DNA from: an uncultured archaeon
GTDB lineage: Archaea; Iainarchaeota; Iainarchaeia; Iainarchaeales; 0-14-0-20-30-16
Direction of reading: 5' to 3'
Assembly (NCBI GenBank): GCA_964595665.1
Contig: CAZQQS010000009.1
Span: 4,373-14,186 of the forward strand
DNA: 9,814 nucleotides
Below, one piece after another: positions 5,439 through 9,814 of this stretch (the first letter of the stretch is position 1; each line of letters opens with the position of its first letter). The position numbers and the translations under genes were made by a program. The notes under the pieces were generated by a model that saw only the letters and a list, made by a program, of their open reading frames with translations, made no database searches and had not been told where the DNA came from.

Positions 5439-6041
5439 TTGGAATACGAAAATTTAATTGTTTTTGAAGGCTTAAATGGTTCTGGCAAAGCTACTCAAAC
5501 AAAATTATTAGTAGATTATTTAAAAGTTAAAAATAAAGCTGTAGAAACAATTGAATTTCCAATTTATGATTCAGTTATTGGTAAATTAATAAAAGAATAT
5601 TTAAGTGAGAAAAAAACACAAGATACTTATTTTATATCTTTGATGTATGAATTAGATCGATTTCAAGTTAGAACAAAGATGTTAGATGTTTTAAATTCAG
5701 GTAAATTTTTAGTTTTAGATAGATATTTTTATTCCAATTTAACGTTTCAAAAAGTTTTATCTAATGATGATGATTTTATGCCTTGGATTGAGAATGTTCA
5801 AAAACCTTTGCCCAAACCCAAATATAAAATTTATTTAAAAATGCCATTAGAATATACTATTGAAAACATGAAAAATAAAAATAAAGATTGGCATGAACAA
5901 GATTTAGAATTTATGCAAAAAGTTTATGATGAATATATTGCATTAACAAAAGATTGGATAGTAATTGAGTGTGTCAAAGAAAACAAATTAAGGGCTATTG
6001 AAGATATACATAACGAAATAGTTATGCGATTAAAACTATAA
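5439..6041 (+). CDS. tmk: Thymidylate (dTMP) kinase
   Basis: 200-aa ORF. P-loop IVFEGLNGSGKATQ (Tmk pattern FEGxDGxGK[ST]T), DRY motif LVLDRYFYSNLTFQ, a LID-like MKNKNKDWHEQDLEF, and typical size. The start is TTG: an in-frame TAA at 5424-5426 leaves no upstream ATG, and the P-loop begins at residue 9. Confidence 0.75.
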   Translation: MEYENLIVFEGLNGSGKATQTKLLVDYLKVKNKAVETIEFPIYDSVIGKLIKEYLSEKKTQDTYFISLMYELDRFQVRTKMLDVLNSGKFLVLDRYFYSNLTFQKVLSNDDDFMPWIENVQKPLPKPKYKIYLKMPLEYTIENMKNKNKDWHEQDLEFMQKVYDEYIALTKDWIVIECVKENKLRAIEDIHNEIVMRLKL

Positions 6042-6046
6042 ATAGT

Positions 6047-6056
6047 TTTATATAAA
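6047..6056 (+). promoter_or_regulatory. TATA box for the 6077 gene (leaderless geometry)
   Basis: TTTATATAAA is centred about 26 nt upstream of ATG 6077. There is no SD. Confidence 0.4.
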
Positions 6057-6076
6057 CTTTTATTCAAATAATTAAT

Positions 6077-6268
6077 ATGGCATATGATTTCATATTCTTT
6101 ACTGTTCAAAATCCACTTTATCTATGGTTGTTTTTTGCAATTGTGGTTATAGGGTTTATTTTGTATAAAGATAATTTGAAATTAAGCAATTTAACTGATG
6201 ATAAGTTAAAACTATTTTTGTATATTCTTTTAATTATACTTTTATTTTACGTTTTTATTTATATGTAA
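6077..6268 (+). CDS. Small hypothetical 2-TM membrane protein
   Basis: 63-aa ORF with two hydrophobic helices (LYLWLFFAIVVIGFILY; LFLYILLIILLFYVFIY). A TATA box lies at the correct distance. I recognise no family. Confidence 0.5.
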   Translation: MAYDFIFFTVQNPLYLWLFFAIVVIGFILYKDNLKLSNLTDDKLKLFLYILLIILLFYVFIYM

Positions 6269-6273
6269 GCTAG

Positions 6274-6283
6274 CTTTATAAAT
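6274..6283 (+). promoter_or_regulatory. TATA box (CTTTATAAAT) upstream of the antiporter gene
   Basis: This is the same 10-mer as at 7950-7959. The predicted TSS near 6305 would give a leader of about 13 nt carrying AGGTG (6308-6312), 5 nt before ATG 6318. Confidence 0.4.
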
Positions 6284-6317
6284 TTAATATACTTTATTAA
6301 TACAATTAGGTGTATTA

Positions 6318-7613
6318 ATGGATCCAATTATTGTTTTAATTTTAATTAGTTTAATTATTTTATTAGGGGCTGTTGGAGAATTCTTTTTTCGAAAGACTGG
6401 TATTCCAGATGTTTTATGGCTTTTAGTTTTTGGTTTTGTTATTGGACAATTTACTAATTTAGATAGTAGTTTAGCAATTATGGATTTAATTCCAATATTT
6501 ATTGCATTAACTTTAGTAATCATTTTATTTGATGGTGGCTTAAATCTAAAATTAGGAAGTTTAGTTAAGAATTCTGCTTTGGGTTCAGGTATAGCAATAT
6601 TGTACTTTTTAATTTGTACTGCATTTGTTTTTTGTGTTACTTTCTTGTTACATTTTATAGGTGTATTTCCAGAATGGAGTATTTGGACTGGTTTAGTTTT
6701 GGGTATGATTTTAGGGGGCACAAGTTCAATAATAGTTATGCCTTTAGTTAATTTGGCTAAATTGGAAGATAAAATTAAAGATGTTTTAAGTGTTGAATCT
6801 GCTTTTACTGATGCCTTGTGTATTGTTGGAGTATTAACAGTTATAGATTATTTAACTAATCCTGGAACGGATTTATTAATGATTTTTAAAAATATAGTTG
6901 GAAGTATTTCTATAGGTTTGTTAGTAGGTTTATTAATTGGATTAATTTGGATTTATTTTTTGAAAAAATTATCTTCAGAAGAATCTTTAATTCAATATTT
7001 TTATGTTTTTACTTTGTCTTTAGTTATTTTCTTATATGTGTTTGTAGATTTTTTTGGTGGGGCATCGGCTATTGCTGTATTTGCTTTTGGTTTGGTTTTA
7101 GGTTCAGGCGTATTATTAAACAAGATATTCAAAACAAATTTTTATTCTTTGGACAAAGATATTGTTGTAATTAACAAGCAATTAGCATTTTTAATTAAGA
7201 GTTTCTTTTTTGTATTGATAGGTATGTTGTTTGTATTTATAGTAAAATCATTTATTGTTGCTTTAATTTTAGCTTTGTTTTTGTTTATTGCAAGATATTT
7301 GGTAATGAATACTTTTTCACAAACAAGATCTTTAGAATCTTCGCAAAAGAACTTATTATATTTATTTGCACCAAGGGGTTTGGCAGCAGGATTATTAGCA
7401 ATTTCTGTTACTCAATTAAATGTAATTCCTGGATCTTCAGAATTTAAAAATATAGTTTTTAGCGTTATAATTATTACTGTTATTGTATCTACAATTGCGC
7501 TTTTAATTTACAGATTTAAAAATAAAGAAATAGTTAAAAATGATGTTAAGAGTGATAATAAGAAAATAATCTCAAAAAAACCAATTTCTAAAAAAGTGGC
7601 TAAAAAATCGTAA
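6318..7613 (+). CDS. Cation:proton antiporter, CPA superfamily (Na+/H+ exchanger family fold)
   Basis: 431-aa polytopic ORF. FFFRKTGIPDVLWLLVFGFVIGQ, LVIILFDGGLNLKL, GGTSSIIVMPL and ESAFTDALCIVG correspond to the conserved TM1, TM3, TM5 and TM6 signatures of Na+/H+ exchanger family proteins. The C-terminal tail is Lys-rich and cytoplasmic. Confidence 0.85.
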   Translation: MDPIIVLILISLIILLGAVGEFFFRKTGIPDVLWLLVFGFVIGQFTNLDSSLAIMDLIPIFIALTLVIILFDGGLNLKLGSLVKNSALGSGIAILYFLICTAFVFCVTFLLHFIGVFPEWSIWTGLVLGMILGGTSSIIVMPLVNLAKLEDKIKDVLSVESAFTDALCIVGVLTVIDYLTNPGTDLLMIFKNIVGSISIGLLVGLLIGLIWIYFLKKLSSEESLIQYFYVFTLSLVIFLYVFVDFFGGASAIAVFAFGLVLGSGVLLNKIFKTNFYSLDKDIVVINKQLAFLIKSFFFVLIGMLFVFIVKSFIVALILALFLFIARYLVMNTFSQTRSLESSQKNLLYLFAPRGLAAGLLAISVTQLNVIPGSSEFKNIVFSVIIITVIVSTIALLIYRFKNKEIVKNDVKSDNKKIISKKPISKKVAKKS

Positions 7614-7618
7614 AATAG

Positions 7619-7879
7619 TTAGTATTCTTCTTCAGTTTCCAAATCTTCAATTATTGGCACATCTAAATTCTCAGTAAATCTTTGAATTATGCTTATTTCT
7701 AATTTTAAAGCATCAAATTTAAATTTACTTATTTCATTTAAATGTTTTTTAGTTGTTTTTTCATATTTTATTTTTTTAGGTTTAGAATTAATAATTTTCT
7801 TTGGTTTTGTTAATTTAGTGTTTTTTTCAGTTTTAACCTTGCTTTTTTTAGTTTTAATAATTTTACTTTCTTTAACCAT
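7619..7879 (-). CDS. Small hypothetical protein: Lys-rich N-terminal half, helical middle, acidic C-terminal tail (…DVPIIEDLETEEEY)
   Basis: 86-aa ORF. A TATA box at 7901-7908 is centred about 26 nt upstream of its ATG. The C-terminal 40 aa are not low-complexity. The competing plus-strand ORF 7689..7907 has no promoter or SD and looks like the Phe/Leu-rich mirror of a Lys-rich frame. Confidence 0.5.
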   Translation of the reverse strand: MVKESKIIKTKKSKVKTEKNTKLTKPKKIINSKPKKIKYEKTTKKHLNEISKFKFDALKLEISIIQRFTENLDVPIIEDLETEEEY

Positions 7880-7900
7880 AATAATTGTAATAATAAAATA

Positions 7901-7910
7901 TTTATAAATC
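7901..7910 (-). promoter_or_regulatory. TATA box (TTTATAAATC copy 1) for the 7879 minus-strand gene
   Basis: The palindromic core TTTATAAA is centred about 26 nt from ATG 7879. There is no SD, which suggests a leaderless mRNA. Confidence 0.5.
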
Positions 7911-7950
7911 AGTTCTATCTTTAATTATTTGAATTAATTTTAGAGATTAC

Positions 7951-7960
7951 TTTATAAATC
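7951..7960 (+). promoter_or_regulatory. TATA box (TTTATAAATC copy 2) for the 7999 plus-strand gene
   Basis: An exact 10-nt repeat of 7901-7910, placed 50 bp away. The predicted TSS near 7981 would give a leader of about 18 nt carrying the SD. Confidence 0.45.
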
Positions 7961-7987
7961 TTTTATTATAATATATATAACTGAAAT

Positions 7988-7993
7988 GAGGGG
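7988..7993 (+). promoter_or_regulatory. Shine-Dalgarno element GAGGGG, 5 nt upstream of ATG 7999
   Basis: The sequence is AAATGAGGGGTATTTATG. The in-frame TGA at 7987-7989 fixes 7999 as the first possible start. Confidence 0.55.
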
Positions 7994-7998
7994 TATTT

Positions 7999-8085
7999 AT
8001 GAATTATAATAATTTTTCAATTAAAGTAGTAAGTTTTTTATCAATTTTTTTATTAAGTTTTTTGTTTTTGGGTTTCGTTAATGCT
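7999..8085 (+). other. Signal peptide (29 aa), predicted cleavage after VNA
   Basis: It has a short polar n-region containing Lys, a hydrophobic core of about 17 residues, and a small-x-small (V-N-A) site followed by Glu. Confidence 0.7.
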
Positions 8086-9814
8086 GAAACTGTTAAAATA
8101 AAATATTATTCTATTGCTTCTGGTAATATTGATTCTATTTATTGTTTTGATTCTAAACCTAAATTTGATGGTCATGCATTAAGTACTCCTGATTTGGTTA
8201 GACAAACTATGCCTAGTCCATACAATAGGCAATATTGTTATTATAGACATTGGGCTAATATTGCTGTGGATTATAAATTAGAATTATTACCAAATAAAAT
8301 TTCTGAAAGTTATATTAAAGAAGGAGAAATAAAGAATCCTGGAATTAATTATTATGTTGATGAAGTATTTACTACTTTAAAATTAACTTCTGGACCTACT
8401 ACTAATTTAGGTGCATATCCTGTTAATTGGTATAAGGGGAAATATAGCACTTATGGTGTAATAAATTCAAATGGTGTTGAAAAATTAGTTTTAGATGTTA
8501 GTTTATATCCTAAATATACTACTGAGTTAGTTAGAAAAAAATCTATTTTGCCAACAGGTGCAAAATATTTTGTATATGCTCATTCTGGAAGTAGGGCGTA
8601 TAATATTTATGACTCAAAAGGTACATTTTTGGGAATTTATTCTATAGGTAATGGTGAAGGCACTGAAGACGATACTTTTAATGAAGCTTCATATTCTGTA
8701 AAAGAATTACCTTTGGTTTCAGGTCAAACTCCAGTTCAAGAGCCTGTTAAAGTTGTTGGTGCTGATACACAACAAATTGTTCCAGAAGATGAATCTGTTC
8801 AAGAAGCTGATGTTTCAGTACAACCCGCAGCTATAATGTCTGTTTCTGAAGATGGTATTACGAAAGGCGTATCTTTAGGTTTAGGGCAAACTGAATGTGA
8901 TTATGTTACAAATTTAACTAATTTTAATGTTTTAAATTATGATGTAATTTCTAAAAATGTTGGTTCTGCAGCATCAATTAATTTTCCTTTAGCTGATTCT
9001 AAAAATATTACAATAAATCTTAAAGGGGAAAAAAGTGTTTTGTTTAATGGATTATCAAAATGTTATTTAAAAGACATAGGTAAAGTTTATGTTGTTGAAG
9101 GTTATTATTTTAAATACAATACAATTGAAGAAATATTATTTTACAAATCTAAATTAGATACTACTTGTTTAGCACAAAAATTAAATTTAGTTAAAAAAGA
9201 AGAATCTAAAATTGCTTATTGTGTAAATACAACTTGTTCTATATTAAATTCTGTAAATGTTTCCAAAATAAATCAATCGGAAATTGAAGGTTTAGAAAAA
9301 TTTATGTGTTATTCTCAAGATTTAAAAGAAGCTGAGTTTATTGGAAATAGAACAATTGTTTTTTCAGAAGATGTAAAAAATTATGTTTGGGATGAAACAA
9401 AAACCAAATATGTATTTAATGCAAATTTTATTAATCAAGATGTTGTTTCAGAGGTAGATTCAGAAGAAGAGGTTATGAATTTAACTATAGCGCCAGGTCA
9501 AACTATACCCATAATTTTAAGAACTGTTGATTTTAATGTTGATTATAGTAAAGCTAAAGAATATGGTTTAATTTATCCTTTAGTTGAAGGAGCTAGTGTT
9601 TGGAGAGTTTTGTATAATGCTGATCCATCAGTTAATGCTATAGGATATTTTTGGCCAGAAAAAGAATGTGTAGAAGAAGAAGCAAATTCAATTTGGTATT
9701 CAAAAAATATTAATATGAAAAATCATTCCGAATTTGATGGTGAAAATAAAGTAGTTGGATTAGTATTTTCTGACTGTGGTCAAATAAATGGTAGATGGGC
9801 TCAAAATAGTATTT
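7999..9814 (+). CDS. Large secreted/surface protein of unknown family; 5' partial that runs off the right edge (at least 605 codons)
   Basis: This gene is not in the supplied ORF track. I translated it by hand: ATG at 7999, then 604 further sense codons with no stop up to the window end, in DNA where every other frame closes quickly. The N-terminus MNYNNFSIKVVSFLSIFLLSFLFLGFVNA/ETVKI is a classic signal peptide. The mature part has 10 Cys. A Q/E/V/P-rich linker separates two globular regions. Confidence 0.88.
   Translation, partial: MNYNNFSIKVVSFLSIFLLSFLFLGFVNAETVKIKYYSIASGNIDSIYCFDSKPKFDGHALSTPDLVRQTMPSPYNRQYCYYRHWANIAVDYKLELLPNKISESYIKEGEIKNPGINYYVDEVFTTLKLTSGPTTNLGAYPVNWYKGKYSTYGVINSNGVEKLVLDVSLYPKYTTELVRKKSILPTGAKYFVYAHSGSRAYNIYDSKGTFLGIYSIGNGEGTEDDTFNEASYSVKELPLVSGQTPVQEPVKVVGADTQQIVPEDESVQEADVSVQPAAIMSVSEDGITKGVSLGLGQTECDYVTNLTNFNVLNYDVISKNVGSAASINFPLADSKNITINLKGEKSVLFNGLSKCYLKDIGKVYVVEGYYFKYNTIEEILFYKSKLDTTCLAQKLNLVKKEESKIAYCVNTTCSILNSVNVSKINQSEIEGLEKFMCYSQDLKEAEFIGNRTIVFSEDVKNYVWDETKTKYVFNANFINQDVVSEVDSEEEVMNLTIAPGQTIPIILRTVDFNVDYSKAKEYGLIYPLVEGASVWRVLYNADPSVNAIGYFWPEKECVEEEANSIWYSKNINMKNHSEFDGENKVVGLVFSDCGQINGRWAQNSI
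8719..8832 (+). other. Low-complexity Q/E/V/P-rich interdomain linker within the secreted protein
   Basis: The translation is SGQTPVQEPVKVVGADTQQIVPEDESVQEADVSVQPAA. It has no aromatic or Cys residues, unlike the flanking regions. Confidence 0.5.

Noticed and set aside
5763-5775. ATGATGATGAT string resembling a C-box (RUGAUGA) of a C/D-box sRNA
   Set aside because: It lies in frame inside tmk, encoding N-D-D-D. There is no properly spaced D box (CUGA) or terminal stem. The intergenic CTGA at 7981-7984 likewise has no partner C box.
5924-6109. 61-aa minus-strand ORF spanning the tmk 3' end and the 6077 promoter
   Set aside because: It overlaps two better-supported plus-strand features and would have to start inside the 6077 gene. 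It is likely chance.
6284-6721. 145-aa minus-strand ORF antisense to the 5' third of the antiporter gene
   Set aside because: It is Lys/Asn/Pro/Ile-rich low-complexity sequence, the expected mirror of a Phe/Leu/Gly-rich membrane-protein frame. The plus-strand gene has clear family signatures. There is no promoter or SD of its own.
6947-7174. 75-aa alternative-frame plus-strand ORF within the antiporter gene
   Set aside because: It is out of frame inside a continuous 431-aa family-assignable ORF. Its Phe/Cys/Arg/Trp-rich composition is atypical for this genome's proteins.
7689-7907. 72-aa hydrophobic plus-strand ORF opposite the Lys-rich protein gene
   Set aside because: It has no TATA or SD upstream and it runs through the TATA box of the minus-strand gene. 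Its composition is the mirror of poly-Lys coding. I keep it as an open alternative in the findings, but I do not call it as a feature.
7911-7950. Possible inverted repeat (TCTATCT...AGAGA) between the two TATA copies, as an operator
   Set aside because: The arms match only partially and are short. In DNA this AT-rich, such imperfect symmetry is expected by chance. I mention it only as context in the spacer finding.
8911-9729. Eight N-x-S/T sequons, all in the C-terminal region of the secreted protein, as evidence for heavy N-glycosylation
   Set aside because: Asn is very abundant in this AT-rich coding sequence. By rough reasoning, about this many sequons are expected by chance. The skew towards the C-terminal region rests on small numbers, so it is not strong enough to claim.
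1-9814. Alternative genetic code (TGA recoded), given the AT-rich small-genome style
   Set aside because: TGA functions as the stop of several well-delimited genes (priS, GINS, aIF-2 alpha, the pyk homologue, the small TM gene, the YbjQ-family gene) at positions matching homologue lengths. Trp is encoded by TGG. The standard code fits.
1-9814. tRNA/rRNA genes, CRISPR arrays, IS elements, integrases, toxin-antitoxin or defence modules
   Set aside because: There are no GC-rich structured islands outside coding regions and no regularly spaced direct repeats. I recognised no transposase, integrase or nuclease signatures in any frame. Non-coding DNA is limited to spacers of 4-119 bp.

Overview
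This is an AT-rich, very tightly packed archaeal chromosomal segment. It carries archaea-specific replication and translation genes, TATA boxes placed for leaderless mRNAs, and gene overlaps. The compaction and the pared-down enzymes suggest a small-genome DPANN-type archaeon, but that is inference only. Layout: (i) the 3' tail of a gene entering from the left edge. (ii) A minus-strand operon, priS -> GINS (Gins51/Gins15 type) -> aIF-2 alpha -> PAC2-family proteasome assembly chaperone (3449 down to 150). (iii) Divergent from priS, a 238-aa pyruvate-kinase homologue that consists of the catalytic A-domain barrel only. (iv) A convergent 4-TM membrane protein. (v) A plus-strand operon: small 2-TM protein -> YbjQ/UPF0145 -> thymidylate kinase. 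(vi) A small 2-TM protein followed by a CPA-superfamily cation/proton antiporter. (vii) A small Lys-rich protein with an acidic tail. (viii) A gene absent from the supplied ORF track: an uninterrupted reading frame of at least 605 codons (7999 to the window end) encoding a signal-peptide-bearing protein I cannot assign to any family. I saw no rRNA, tRNA, CRISPR array, transposase or integrase. The points most worth a second look are the untracked secreted giant, the B- and C-domain-less mini pyruvate kinase, and a strikingly regular GTGA(stop)-N4-start junction at all four closely abutted (4-nt gap) operon junctions. All family assignments rest on motif recognition by eye. No database search was run.
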